DNA of 64,000 bases from Candidatus Palauibacter sp. (lineage in GTDB: Bacteria; Gemmatimonadota; Gemmatimonadetes; Palauibacterales; Palauibacteraceae): contig NZ_OZ250143.1 in NCBI RefSeq assembly GCF_965237495.1, forward strand, positions 515,918-579,917, given 5' to 3'. Made by a program: the position numbers and the translations under genes. Shown here piece after piece: positions 38,103-48,553 of the stretch (position 1 is the stretch's first letter; the number at the start of each line of letters is the position of its first letter). The notes beneath the pieces are model-generated. The model saw only the letters and a list, made by a program, of their open reading frames with translations, made no database searches and had not been told where the DNA came from.

Positions 38103-39472
38103 CAGTCCGCGCCGACCCACACCGTCTTCACGTTGACGAACTCGCGGATCGCGTGGGGGCCGAGTTCGCGCCCGTATCCGGAGCGCTTCACGCCTCCGAA
38201 GGGGACGCGGGGGTCCGAGGCGGACATGCCGTTGATAAAGACGGCGCCGGCCTCCAGTTCCCGCACGGCGCGCGCCCGCTCGTCGGGATCGTTCGTCCAG
38301 ATCGCGGAACAGAGGCCGAACTCCGTCGCGTTGGCGCGCTCGATGGCCTCGTCCAGATCCTCGACGGGGAAGACGCTCGCGACCGGTCCGAAGATCTCGT
38401 CATCGGTGGCCGGGGAGCCGTCCGGCACATCCACGAGGACGGTCGGATCGTAGAACCACCCGCGGCGCTCCGGTACGCCGCCGCCCGCGGCGACCCGGGC
38501 GCCCGCCGCCACCGTGGCCTCCACCTGGCGCGCGACCTTGTCCCGCAGGTCCCGCCGCGCGAGCGGTCCGATCGCGACCTCGGGGTCCCGGGGGTCGCCG
38601 ACCTTGAGCGCCGAGACGCGCTCGATCAGGCGCGCCGCGAACTCGTCGGCGATCGAACGCTGGACGAGCATCCGTTTGGCGGCGATGCAGGACTGGCCGT
38701 TGTTCCACATGCGAGCGTCGACCGCGGTGGCGACGGCCCGCTCGAGGTCGGCGCTCTCCATGACGATGAAGGGATCACTGCCGCCGAGTTCGAGCACGGT
38801 CGTCTTGATGCGGCGGCCCGCCTCGGCCGCGAGCGACGAGCCGGCGGCGACGGAGCCGGTGAGGGAGGCTGCCTGGACGATGGGGTCGTCGAGCAGGCGC
38901 GGGATGTCCTCGATCTCGGCGAAGAGGTTCTGGAACACGCCCTCGGGGAAGCCGGCGCGCGCGAACAGGCCCTCGAGGGCGATGGCGCACTGCGGGACGT
39001 TCGGCGAATGCTTGAGCAGGAAGACGTTGCCCGCCATCAGCGTCGGGACCGCGGAGCGCATCGCCTGCCAGAAGGGGAAGTTCCAGGGCATGATCCCGAG
39101 GACGGCTCCCAGGGGGTGGTACTCGACCCAGCAGCTCGTGCCGGTGGACTCGAAGGGTTCGGATTCGAGTTGGGCGGGGCCGTGCTCCGCGTAGTAGCGG
39201 CACACCCAGGCGCACTTTTCCGCTTCGGCTACCGCGCTGGCGAGCGGCTTCCCCATCTCGCGGGTCATGAGGAGGCCGTACGCGTCCTGCCCGCGCTCGA
39301 CGAGATCCGCGAGGGCGAGCAGCCGCCGCGCCCGCTCGTCCAGCGACACCCGCTTCCACGCGTCGAAGCCGCGCCGGGCCCGGTCGAGAGCCGCATCGAT
39401 CCCGGCCGCGTCGAGGGCCGGGAACGAGGCAAGCTGTTCCTCTGTCGCAGGATCTATACTCTCGAAGGGCAT
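38102..39472 (-). CDS. NAD(P)-dependent succinate-semialdehyde dehydrogenase family
   Basis: IMPWNFPFWQ, LTGS, LELGGSDP, NNGQSCIAAKR, EIFGP, PFGGVKRSGYGREL. Confidence 0.93.
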   Translation of the reverse strand: MPFESIDPATEEQLASFPALDAAGIDAALDRARRGFDAWKRVSLDERARRLLALADLVERGQDAYGLLMTREMGKPLASAVAEAEKCAWVCRYYAEHGPAQLESEPFESTGTSCWVEYHPLGAVLGIMPWNFPFWQAMRSAVPTLMAGNVFLLKHSPNVPQCAIALEGLFARAGFPEGVFQNLFAEIEDIPRLLDDPIVQAASLTGSVAAGSSLAAEAGRRIKTTVLELGGSDPFIVMESADLERAVATAVDARMWNNGQSCIAAKRMLVQRSIADEFAARLIERVSALKVGDPRDPEVAIGPLARRDLRDKVARQVEATVAAGARVAAGGGVPERRGWFYDPTVLVDVPDGSPATDDEIFGPVASVFPVEDLDEAIERANATEFGLCSAIWTNDPDERARAVRELEAGAVFINGMSASDPRVPFGGVKRSGYGRELGPHAIREFVNVKTVWVGAD

Positions 39473-39567
39473 CTCATCCTCCCTCGCGGAACGTTACCAT
39501 GGGGCGCATCGTCCGGTTTCCGTGCGCCAGTCGCAAGCCCCGGCCGACCTCCGCGCAGGAGCGCCCC

Positions 39568-40371
39568 GTGACCGAAGCCGAAATCGCCCGCGCGCTCCTC
39601 TCCGCCCGCGACGGGCGCCACGCGACGACGCCGCCGACCCGGCACGGCGCCGGGTTCGGCCTCGACGAGGCGTATCGGGTCGGCGCGGCGCTCGACCGTC
39701 GCCTCCGCGAGCGCGGATACCGGCGGGCGGGCTGCAAGGTGGGCTTCACGAACAAGGCGATCTGGTCCCGGTTCGGGATGGAGGAGCCCATCGTGGCCCC
39801 CGTCTACGACCGGACCATCCACGCCGCGGCGCCAACCGCCCGGGTATCGCTCGCCGCCTTCTGCGCACCGCGCATCGAGGTGGAGGTCGTCTTCGGGGTC
39901 GATCCGGACGGCGGGATTGCGGGGGCCGAGGGACCGGCCCGGCCGGCCTGGGTCGCGCTCGGGTTCGAGATCGTCGACTGCCACTATCCCGACTGGCACC
40001 TCACGCCCGCGGACTCGGTGGCGGATTTCGGACTGCACGGGGCGCTCGTCATCGGCCCCCGCATCGAACGGGCGGCGCCGCGCTTCGAGGAGCAGGTCGC
40101 CCGCCTCGACCGGCTCGAGGTCTCGCTCCTGCGGGACGAACGTCCGTCGGCCCGGGGGCGAGGGCGCGACGTGCTCGGCCACCCGCTCGCGGCGCTGGAC
40201 TTCGTTCCCCGGCTCCTGCCGCGCTTCGATGGCGCCGGGATGCCCGCTTCGGGCGGCGTCGTGAGCACGGGGACGATGACCGCGCTCGAACCGCTCGCCG
40301 CGGGGGAGCGCTGGCGGGTCGAGGCGTGCGGCGTGGACCTCCCCGGCCTCGAGCTCGTCCTGACCGACTGA
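39568..40371 (+). CDS. 2-keto-4-pentenoate hydratase / FAH superfamily protein
   Basis: GCKVGFTN, PRIEVE, FEIVD, DSVADFGLH, VLGHPL, VSTGT. Confidence 0.85.
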   Translation: MTEAEIARALLSARDGRHATTPPTRHGAGFGLDEAYRVGAALDRRLRERGYRRAGCKVGFTNKAIWSRFGMEEPIVAPVYDRTIHAAAPTARVSLAAFCAPRIEVEVVFGVDPDGGIAGAEGPARPAWVALGFEIVDCHYPDWHLTPADSVADFGLHGALVIGPRIERAAPRFEEQVARLDRLEVSLLRDERPSARGRGRDVLGHPLAALDFVPRLLPRFDGAGMPASGGVVSTGTMTALEPLAAGERWRVEACGVDLPGLELVLTD

Positions 40372-40434
40372 GCGGCCTTGCCCGGCCCCTCACGACAGGG
40401 GAACATAGCAGCGCCATGTGACCCAGGAGCTTGC

Positions 40435-42012
40435 ATGCCAGAGTCCACGCCGACAGAGGCCGGCCCGGTCCGCTGGGCGAAGGTCATCGATCAGACGCGC
40501 TGTATCGGCTGTCACGCCTGCACGACGGCGTGCAAGTCCGAGAACGAGGTGCCGCTCGGCGTCACGCGCACGTACGTGAAATACGCCGACGTCGGGACGT
40601 TTCCCGCCACCCGGCGCGCGTACCAGGTCACGCGCTGCAACCAGTGCGACGATGCGCCGTGTACGACGGCGTGCCCCACGCAGGCCATGTTCCGGCGCCC
40701 CGACGGGATCGTCGACTTCGACAAGTCGATCTGCATCGGCTGCAAGGCCTGCATCGCCGCCTGCCCCTACGACGCCATCTTCATCAACCCGGAGGACCAC
40801 TCGGCGGAGAAGTGCAACTTCTGCGCGCACCGCATCGACATGGGGCTGGAGCCGGCCTGCGTCACCGTGTGCCCGACCGAGGCGATCATCGTCGGCGACC
40901 TCGACGACCCCGAGTCGAAGGTGTCGCAGTACGTGGGACGCGATCCGGTGAGCGTCCGGCGGCCCGAGAAGGAGACGCACCCGAAGCTGTTCTACAAGGG
41001 GGCGCACCAGGCGACGCTCGATCCGCTGGCCGCCATGCGGCCGGACGGCGGATTGTACATGTGGAGTGAACAGCCCCGTGGTCCGCACGAGATCGGGTCG
41101 GGCCAGCCGTACCCGATGGAGGCGGACGGCCGCCACGGTCCCAATTCCTCGGCCGCGGCCATCCTCTCGTACGATGTGTCGCACACCGTGCCCTGGGACT
41201 GGCGCGTGAGCCTGTACACGCTCACCAAGGGGGTCTCGGCCGGCGTGTACCTCGCGGCGCTGCTCCTTTGCCTGCTCGGCGGCCTCGCCTGGCAGGGCGC
41301 GGAATGGCTCAGGCTCACGCCTCTCCTGGGGCTGTTCGCGCTCGCCGTCACGGGCGGGCTCCTGATCTGGGATCTCGAGCACCCCGAGCGCTTTCTCATG
41401 ATCTTCACGCGGCCCCACATGAAGAGCTGGCTCGTCCGGGGGGCGTTCGTGATCGCGGGCTACGGGCTGGCCCTCACCGCGCACCTCGCGGCGGGGCTGA
41501 TCGGCGGCGATGGAGGGGTGGCGGCGACCCGCTGGCTGGCGTGGGCGGGGGCGCCCCTGGCGGCCATGACCGCGGTCTATACGGCCTACCTCTTCGCGCA
41601 GGCCAAGGCGCGCGATCTGTGGCAGAATCCGCTCCTGCCGCCGCACTTCCTCGTACAGGCCGTGCTGGCCGGCGGCGCGGCCCTGATGCTCGTCCCGTCG
41701 CTCGGCGGGTCCGCCGCGCTGGGCCGGCTGGTCGGGCTGTCCGCCGCCGCGCACCTCCTGCTCCTGCTCTCCGAACTTACGCTCACGCACGCGACGGCCC
41801 ACGCCGCCCTCGCCGCCCGGAACATGGTGCGCGGCCGCTACGCCCCCTGGTTCTGGAGCGGCGCCCTGCTCGTGGCGCTGGCCGCCGCCCTGACGGTGAT
41901 CCCCCTCGGCGGCGCCTGGGTGGCGCCGGCCGCCGGCATCGCCGCCCTCGCGGGCCTGCTCGCGCACGAGCACGCCTACGTTCAGGCCGGCCAGTCCGTG
42001 CCCCTCGCATGA
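40435..42012 (+). CDS. Fused NrfC-like 4x[4Fe-4S] domain + NrfD/PsrC membrane anchor
   Basis: CIGCHACTTAC, CNQCDDAPC..CP, CIGCKACIAACP, KCNFC...PAC..CP, then DLEHPERF...SW..RG and multiple TMs. Confidence 0.92.
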   Translation: MPESTPTEAGPVRWAKVIDQTRCIGCHACTTACKSENEVPLGVTRTYVKYADVGTFPATRRAYQVTRCNQCDDAPCTTACPTQAMFRRPDGIVDFDKSICIGCKACIAACPYDAIFINPEDHSAEKCNFCAHRIDMGLEPACVTVCPTEAIIVGDLDDPESKVSQYVGRDPVSVRRPEKETHPKLFYKGAHQATLDPLAAMRPDGGLYMWSEQPRGPHEIGSGQPYPMEADGRHGPNSSAAAILSYDVSHTVPWDWRVSLYTLTKGVSAGVYLAALLLCLLGGLAWQGAEWLRLTPLLGLFALAVTGGLLIWDLEHPERFLMIFTRPHMKSWLVRGAFVIAGYGLALTAHLAAGLIGGDGGVAATRWLAWAGAPLAAMTAVYTAYLFAQAKARDLWQNPLLPPHFLVQAVLAGGAALMLVPSLGGSAALGRLVGLSAAAHLLLLLSELTLTHATAHAALAARNMVRGRYAPWFWSGALLVALAAALTVIPLGGAWVAPAAGIAALAGLLAHEHAYVQAGQSVPLA

Positions 42013-45000
42013 GCACCTCCCGCGGCCCCGGTCCCGACGGCTCCGGCGCCGGGCCGAACGGGGCCGGCCCCGACGGCGTCTCGCGCCGACTCGACGAACT
42101 CAACGAGCGGGTGAGCGCGGCGCGACACGAGACCGAGCGCCGCGGCGAGACCTTCTATCCCGGTCCCAGCCGCACGCACCTCGCCGCCTTCCCGCCCCGC
42201 GAACGGTGGGACGACTGGGTCGAACTCGACTCGAAGGCATGGCCGAAGCGGCGCGAGCGGCGCTACATGCTCGTGCCGACGACGTGCTTCAACTGCGAGT
42301 CGGCGTGCGGACTCCTCGCCTACGTCGATCGCGACACGCTCCAGGTGCGGAAGTTCGAGGGGAACCCCGAGCACCCCGGCTCCCGGGGCCGGAACTGCGC
42401 CAAGGGCCCGGCCACGCTGAACCAGATCGTCGACCCCGACCGTGTCCTCTACCCCCTCAAGCGGGCCGGCGCGCGCGGCGAAGGAAAGTGGGTGCGGGTC
42501 TCGTGGGAGGAAGCCCTCACCGACATCGCGAACCGCATCCGCACGGCCCTCGACGAGGGACGTCATCGCGAGATCATGTACCACGTGGGACGACCGGGCG
42601 AGGACGGGTTCACCGAACGCCTGCTCGCCGCGTGGGGCATCGACGGGCACAACTCGCACACGAACATCTGCTCCTCGAGCGCCCGCGCCGGCTACCAGTT
42701 CTGGCTCGGCATGGACCGCCCCAGCCCCGACCACGCCCGCGCCGACGTCATCCTCCTGGTGAGTGCCCATCTCGAGGCCGGCCACTACTTCAACCCCCAC
42801 GCCCAGCGCATCATGGACGGGATCAAGAAGGGCGCGCGCCTCATCGTGTTCGATACGCGTCTGTCGAACACCGCCACGCACGCCGACCACTGGCTCCCCA
42901 CGCAGCCCGGCTCCGAGGCGGCCGTCCTGCTCGCGATCGCGAACCACTTGATCACGACAGGGGCCTGGGACCGGGAATTCGTCCGCCGCTGGTTCAACTG
43001 GGAGGAGTACCTGGCGGCCGAGAAACCGGAGCTGCCGCGGACGTTCGAATCGTTCGAGAGCGCGCTGCGCGAACTCTACGAGGACTGCACCTTCGAGTGG
43101 GCCGCTGAGGAATCGGGGATCGACGCCGCTCAACTGCGCGAAGTGGCGGAAATCGTGGCCCGGGCGGGTTCGCGGCTGTCCACCCACACCTGGCGTAGCG
43201 CCGCCTCGGGCAACGAAGGCGGCTGGCAGGTGGCCCGGACCCTCTTCTTCCTGAACGCCCTCACCGGATCCGTGGCGACGCCGGGCGGGACCTATCCGAG
43301 CACGTGGAACAAGTTCATCCCGAAACCGATCCGGATGCCCCGTCACCCGGAACACTGGAACGAACTCACGTGGCCCGAGGAGTATCCGCTCTCGATGTAC
43401 GAGGTCTCCTTCCTCCTCCCACATTTCCTCAAGGAGGGCCGGGGGAAGCTCGACGTGTACTTCACGCGCGTCTACAACCCGGTGTGGACGAACCCGGACG
43501 GATTCTCCTGGATCGAAGCCCTCACGGACGAGACGAAGGTCGGTCTCCACGTCGCCCTCACACCGACCTGGAACGAGTCGGCCTACTTCGCGGACTACGT
43601 CCTCCCCATGGGCCACGGCCCCGAGCGCCACGACCTGCACTCCTACGAGACCCACGACGGCCAGTGGATCGCCTTCCGGCAGCCCGTCCTCCGTTCCGCG
43701 CGGCAGCGTCTCGGCGAGCAGGTGGCGGACACCCGCCACACCAACCCCGGGGAGGTCTGGGAGGAGAACGAGTTCTGGCTCGAACTCTCGTGGCGCATAG
43801 ACCCGGACGGGAGCCGCGGCATTCGCGAGTTCGTGGAGTCGAAGGAAACCCCCGGCCAGCGGCTCACCGTGGACGAATACTACGGCTGGATATTCGACCA
43901 CTCCGTCCCCGGTCTCCCGGAGGCGGCGGAGGCCGAGGGGCTCTCGCCACTGGAGTACATGCGACGCTTCGGCGCCTTCGAGGTGGCGCGCGATATCGGC
44001 CCCCTGTACGAGGAACAGGTATTGCCTGAGGAATTCCTGGACCCTCGGGAAGACGAGTTCGGCCGCATCTATACGCGCGCCCCGAGTCCCGCAGCGGTCA
44101 ATCTGGCGCCGATGGGCGTCCCCGACGACGACCCGGAGGGACGCCGCCCGGTGGGCGTGCGCGTGCCCGATGGCTCCATCCGCCGCGGCTTCCCGACCCC
44201 GAGCGGGAAGCTCGAGTTCTACTCGCCCACCCTCGTGCGCTGGGGCTGGCCCGAGTACGCGGTCCCCGCCTACATCCGGAGCCACGTGCATCCGGCCGAG
44301 ATGGCGCCGGACCAGATGTGCCTCATCTCCACCTTCCGGCTCCCGGTGCAGATTCACACCCGTTCGGCCAACAGCAAGTGGCTGGATGAGATCGCGCACA
44401 CGAACCCGCTCTGGCTCCACCGCACGGACGCGGCGCGGATGGGGGTGAGGACGGGGGACCTCGTGCGGGTCGAGACGGAGATCGGCCACTTCGTCCTCAA
44501 GGCGTGGGTCACGGAGGGGATCAAGCCGGGCGTCGTCGCGTGCAGCCACCACATGGGACGCTGGAAGCTGGCGGACGGTGCCGGGACGAAAGAGCCGGGG
44601 CGGGCCGGGCGCGGCGAGCGCGAGGGCGTCCTCGGCCAGCGGCAACTCATGGCGACCGTTGCGATGGATGAGGACTCGGCGGGCGGCTGGAACCTGTCGC
44701 GGAAGCGGGGCGCGGGGCCGTACAAGACCGACGACCCGGACACCTCGCGCATCTGGTGGACGGACGTGGGGGTGCACCAGAATCTCACCTTTCCCGTCCA
44801 TCCCGACCCGGTGTCCGGGATGCACTGCTGGCACCAGGCGGTTCGCGTCGTGAAGGCGTCCCGCCGCGACCGTCACGGCGACATCCACGTCGACACGGCG
44901 AAGGCCCACGACGTGTACCGGAACTGGCTGAAGAAGACCCGGGGCGCCCGGCGGCATTCGCCGGACGGAACCCGGCGACCCCACTGGCTGATCCGCCCCC

Positions 45001-45044
45001 TCCGCCCCGTGCGCGACGCGTACGACCTGCCCGACCAGGCGTAG
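42009..45044 (+). CDS. DMSO-reductase-family molybdopterin oxidoreductase catalytic subunit, no Tat signal
   Basis: TCFNCESAC...NCAKG FS0 cluster, DRVLYPLKR, SWEEA, HTNICSS, TPSGKLEFYS, HTRSAN. Confidence 0.93.
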   Translation: MSTSRGPGPDGSGAGPNGAGPDGVSRRLDELNERVSAARHETERRGETFYPGPSRTHLAAFPPRERWDDWVELDSKAWPKRRERRYMLVPTTCFNCESACGLLAYVDRDTLQVRKFEGNPEHPGSRGRNCAKGPATLNQIVDPDRVLYPLKRAGARGEGKWVRVSWEEALTDIANRIRTALDEGRHREIMYHVGRPGEDGFTERLLAAWGIDGHNSHTNICSSSARAGYQFWLGMDRPSPDHARADVILLVSAHLEAGHYFNPHAQRIMDGIKKGARLIVFDTRLSNTATHADHWLPTQPGSEAAVLLAIANHLITTGAWDREFVRRWFNWEEYLAAEKPELPRTFESFESALRELYEDCTFEWAAEESGIDAAQLREVAEIVARAGSRLSTHTWRSAASGNEGGWQVARTLFFLNALTGSVATPGGTYPSTWNKFIPKPIRMPRHPEHWNELTWPEEYPLSMYEVSFLLPHFLKEGRGKLDVYFTRVYNPVWTNPDGFSWIEALTDETKVGLHVALTPTWNESAYFADYVLPMGHGPERHDLHSYETHDGQWIAFRQPVLRSARQRLGEQVADTRHTNPGEVWEENEFWLELSWRIDPDGSRGIREFVESKETPGQRLTVDEYYGWIFDHSVPGLPEAAEAEGLSPLEYMRRFGAFEVARDIGPLYEEQVLPEEFLDPREDEFGRIYTRAPSPAAVNLAPMGVPDDDPEGRRPVGVRVPDGSIRRGFPTPSGKLEFYSPTLVRWGWPEYAVPAYIRSHVHPAEMAPDQMCLISTFRLPVQIHTRSANSKWLDEIAHTNPLWLHRTDAARMGVRTGDLVRVETEIGHFVLKAWVTEGIKPGVVACSHHMGRWKLADGAGTKEPGRAGRGEREGVLGQRQLMATVAMDEDSAGGWNLSRKRGAGPYKTDDPDTSRIWWTDVGVHQNLTFPVHPDPVSGMHCWHQAVRVVKASRRDRHGDIHVDTAKAHDVYRNWLKKTRGARRHSPDGTRRPHWLIRPLRPVRDAYDLPDQA

Positions 45045-45052
45045 ACCCGGCG

Positions 45053-45937
45053 ATGGAACTGTTCCGCGCGCTCGGCGCCCTGCTCGACGCTCCCTGTTCG
45101 GAGAACCGGCTCCTCGGCCACCTCCTCGAACTCGGTCCGGTGCCGGACGAACCGACGCACAACGACCTCTTTCTGTTCCAGCTCTACCCCTACGCCTCGG
45201 CCTTTCTGGGGGACGACGGCCGCCTGGGCGGGGAGGCGCAGGATCGGGTGGCCGGCTTCTGGCGCGCGCTCGGGGCCGATCCGCCCGCCGACCCCGACCA
45301 TCTGGGGGCGCTGCTGGGAGGCTACTCCCGACTCGTCGAGGCCCAACTCGGAGCGAGCGGGAAGGCCGCCGCGGCCTGGCGCGACGCGCGGCACGCCTTC
45401 CTGTGGGAGCACCTGCTGTCGTGGGTCCTGCCCTTCCTCACCAAGCTGCGGCAGATCGCGCCTCCGTTCTACCGGAGCTGGGCCGACACGCTCGAGACGG
45501 TCCTCTCCCGGGAGTCCGCGCTCCTCGGTCCGCCCACGCGGCGGCCGCTCGCCCTCCGCGAGGCGAGCCCCGTGCCCGACCCGCGGAGCGCGGAGGCCGA
45601 CCGCTTCCTCTTGGCGCTGCTGAGTCCGGCGCGCAGCGGACTCGTCCTCACCCGCGCCGACCTCGCGCGGGCGGCGCGCGGCCTGGGTCTCGGACTCCGC
45701 GTGGGCGAGCGCGCCTACATCCTCCGGTCCATGCTGGCGCAGGGCCCCCGGGCGACCCTCGGCTGGCTCGCACGGGAGGCGCGGGAGTGGGCGCGTCTCC
45801 ACGATCGCACGGGGAGCACGGCGCCGGAGGTGGCCGATTTCTGGACCCACCGCGCGACCGCGACGAGTCGTCTCCTCACCGATCTCGCGGCAGACATCCC
45901 GGACATGCCCGATGTCACGGATACCGCATGTGACTGA
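45053..45937 (+). CDS. TorD/DmsD-family maturation chaperone
   Basis: YPYASAFL, DPDHLGALL, FLWEHLLSW, FY. Confidence 0.85.
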   Translation: MELFRALGALLDAPCSENRLLGHLLELGPVPDEPTHNDLFLFQLYPYASAFLGDDGRLGGEAQDRVAGFWRALGADPPADPDHLGALLGGYSRLVEAQLGASGKAAAAWRDARHAFLWEHLLSWVLPFLTKLRQIAPPFYRSWADTLETVLSRESALLGPPTRRPLALREASPVPDPRSAEADRFLLALLSPARSGLVLTRADLARAARGLGLGLRVGERAYILRSMLAQGPRATLGWLAREAREWARLHDRTGSTAPEVADFWTHRATATSRLLTDLAADIPDMPDVTDTACD

Positions 45938-47138
45938 GCCCGCCGCGAAGCCGCCCCTCGATGCGGCGCGCTTCCGCGCCATCTTCCTGCTCCTGCTCGT
46001 CGTCGGCATCAGTCTCCTGTTCCTGGAGACGATCCGGACCTTCCTGACGGCGCTCTTCCTGGGGGCGATTCTCAGCGGCCTCCTCTATCCGGCCTACCGG
46101 ACGCTGTGCCGGTGGTTCGGAGGCAGAGAGGGCCTGGCCTCCGCCGCCGCACTAGGTGTGTTCGTCATCATCCTCCTCGGTCCGATCGCGACCTTCCTCG
46201 GCATCGTCACGAACCAGGCGGTGCACGTCTCGCAGTCGGCGGGCCCCTGGATCGAGGACATGCAGACCCGGCTCGCCGAGCCCGGAGGGTTCGATGAGCT
46301 CCTCGACCGCGTCCCCTTCGTCGAGTCACTGCGGCCGTACCGGGAGCAGCTCGTCCAGAAGCTGGGCGAGGTCGCGGCCACCGCGGGCGGCTTCGTGGTC
46401 GCGAGGCTCACCGATATTACGAAGGAGATCGCGCGGCTCGTCTTCCTGCTCTTCGTGATGCTGTACGCCATGTTCTACTTCCTCAAGGACGGACGCGGCG
46501 TGCTGCGCAAGGTCCTCTATTACCTCCCCCTGTCCGACGAAGACGAGAAGCGGATGCTCGACCGGTTCGTCTCCGTGACGCGGGCGATGGTCAAGGGGAC
46601 CTTCCTCATCGGGATCGTGCAGGGCAGCCTCGCCGGCCTCGCCTTCTGGGTCGTGGGGATCCCGTCGGCGGCGTTCTGGGGCACGGTCATGGCGGTGCTG
46701 TCGATCGTGCCCGGCATCGGGTCCGGGCTCGTGTGGCTGCCGGCGGCGATCTACCTGCTCGCCATCGACCGGATCGGGGCCGGGATTGGGCTGCTGCTCT
46801 GGTGCGGCCTCGTGGTGGGGATGCTCGACAACCTCATGCGCCCCTGGCTCGTGGGACGCGACACCCGCATGCCCGACCTCATGATCCTCCTCGGCACGCT
46901 CGGCGGGCTGTTCGCGTTCGGGATGGCCGGCGTGCTCATCGGCCCCATCGTGGCGGCGCTCTTCATCACGGTGTGGGAGCTGTACGGCGAGTCCTTCCGC
47001 GACATCCTGCCCGCGACGGCGTTCGGCGGCTCGGCGGGCTCGCAACCCGAACCCGCGGAGGATGCGCCCGAACCCGCCGCGGACGTGGCCGCCGTAGACG
47101 CGCCGGTCGCCCCCGAGACGGCCCCGCCGGAGGATTAG
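45930..47138 (+). CDS. AI-2E family transporter
   Basis: YFLKDG, VPGIGSGLVWLP, DNLMRP, GGL..FG..G..IGP. Confidence 0.92.
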   Translation: MTEPAAKPPLDAARFRAIFLLLLVVGISLLFLETIRTFLTALFLGAILSGLLYPAYRTLCRWFGGREGLASAAALGVFVIILLGPIATFLGIVTNQAVHVSQSAGPWIEDMQTRLAEPGGFDELLDRVPFVESLRPYREQLVQKLGEVAATAGGFVVARLTDITKEIARLVFLLFVMLYAMFYFLKDGRGVLRKVLYYLPLSDEDEKRMLDRFVSVTRAMVKGTFLIGIVQGSLAGLAFWVVGIPSAAFWGTVMAVLSIVPGIGSGLVWLPAAIYLLAIDRIGAGIGLLLWCGLVVGMLDNLMRPWLVGRDTRMPDLMILLGTLGGLFAFGMAGVLIGPIVAALFITVWELYGESFRDILPATAFGGSAGSQPEPAEDAPEPAADVAAVDAPVAPETAPPED

Positions 47139-47169
47139 CCCCATCGACCGCCCCGCGTCGAGAGTTGGC

Positions 47170-48549
47170 GTGCTGGACCGGCTGCGGGACGGCGGCGCGG
47201 CGCTCTCCCGCTTCACGGAGCGCTGGACGCCGGACGCGTGGGTGATCCTCATGTCGCTGACCGTGGTCGCGCTCATCCTCGCGGTCACGGGAGGGGGCGC
47301 CACGATCCCGGAGGCGGGGCTCGCCTGGGGCGCGGGCGTGTGGACGCTGCTCGAACTCGCGATGCAGTTCTCCATCGCCATGGTAGCCGCCCACGCGTGC
47401 GCCTCGTCGCCCCCGATGTACCGGCTGCTCGATCGCCTGGCGCGCTGCCCGAACCCCGAGCGTCCCGTCCAGGCCGTCGCCCTCGCCGCCGGGTTCTCCA
47501 TGGTGGCCGGGTATCTCAACTGGGCGTTCGGGCTCGTCGGTTCCGCGCTCTTCGTCCCGTTCATCCTCAAGCGCAACCCGCGCGCCGACGTGCGCCTCGT
47601 CATCGCCGCGGCCTACATGGGCATCGGGACCGTGTGGCAGAGCGGCCTCTCCAGCTCCGCCCCGCTCATCCTCGCCACCCCCGGCAACCCCCTGCTCGAG
47701 CCCGGGGCCGGCGCCCCCATCGTGGACCGTCTCTATCCCGTCACCGAGACCCTTTTCAACCCGTTCAACCTCGGGTACGCCGTCGTCATGCTGCTCGTCG
47801 GGCTCGTGGCCGCCATGGCGCTCCACCCCCACCGCGACGTCGTCACCCTCACCGAGGCGGAGGTCGACGAAATCCTCCCCGCGCCCACGCCACGCCTTGA
47901 GGCCGCGACCACGCCCGCCGAGCGGCTCGACCGCTTCCGCGGCTGGTCGCTCCTCGCCGCGATCCTGTTGGCCTATCCGCTCGTGTACTCGATCGTCACG
48001 CGGGGCTTCGGGGCGAGCTGGACGATCAACGCGTACAACACCGTGTTTCTCGTCCTCGCGCTCGTGCTGCACGGCCGTCCCACCTCGTTCCTGCGCGCCT
48101 GCCGCGACGGGGTGGGCGCCGCGTCGGGGATCATCCTGCAGTTCCCGTTCTACGCCGGCATCTTCGGCCTCATCCAGAACACGAACCTCGGAGGCTGGCT
48201 CGGCGAGCAGTTCGCCGCCGTCGCCACGACCCGGCTCTATCCGCTCGTCGTCTACTTCTATTCGGGACTCATGAGCCTGTTCATCCCCTCGGCCGGCTCC
48301 AAGTGGATGATCGAGGCGCCGTACGTCGTCCCCGCCGGCGAGGCGCTCGACGTCTCCGTCATGACGACCCTGCTCGCGTACGCGTACGGGGACTCGGCCT
48401 TCAACCTCATCCATCCGTTCTGGGCGCTCCCGATCCTCGCCGTGACGCGCCGCCGCTTCGGGGAGGTACTCGGGTATGCCTTCCTCATCTGGCTCGCGAC
48501 GGTCCTCCTCGGCATCGGGACGATGCTCGTCATCCCCACCACCTGGTGA
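47170..48549 (+). CDS. atoE: Short-chain fatty acid transporter (AtoE/TIGR00366)
   Basis: RWTPDA, LAMQ, LNW, GLSSSAPL, ILQFPFYAGI, PSAGSKW, PFWALP. Confidence 0.88.
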   Translation: MLDRLRDGGAALSRFTERWTPDAWVILMSLTVVALILAVTGGGATIPEAGLAWGAGVWTLLELAMQFSIAMVAAHACASSPPMYRLLDRLARCPNPERPVQAVALAAGFSMVAGYLNWAFGLVGSALFVPFILKRNPRADVRLVIAAAYMGIGTVWQSGLSSSAPLILATPGNPLLEPGAGAPIVDRLYPVTETLFNPFNLGYAVVMLLVGLVAAMALHPHRDVVTLTEAEVDEILPAPTPRLEAATTPAERLDRFRGWSLLAAILLAYPLVYSIVTRGFGASWTINAYNTVFLVLALVLHGRPTSFLRACRDGVGAASGIILQFPFYAGIFGLIQNTNLGGWLGEQFAAVATTRLYPLVVYFYSGLMSLFIPSAGSKWMIEAPYVVPAGEALDVSVMTTLLAYAYGDSAFNLIHPFWALPILAVTRRRFGEVLGYAFLIWLATVLLGIGTMLVIPTTW

Positions 48550-48553
48550 CGCC

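Noticed and set aside
41982-44984. 1000-aa minus-strand ORF and similar long antisense ORFs (9886-11928, 19849-22248, 26384-28213, 33412-35859, 59340-61070, 61496-63049)
   Set aside because: Typical high-GC shadow frames opposite well-supported genes; no motifs
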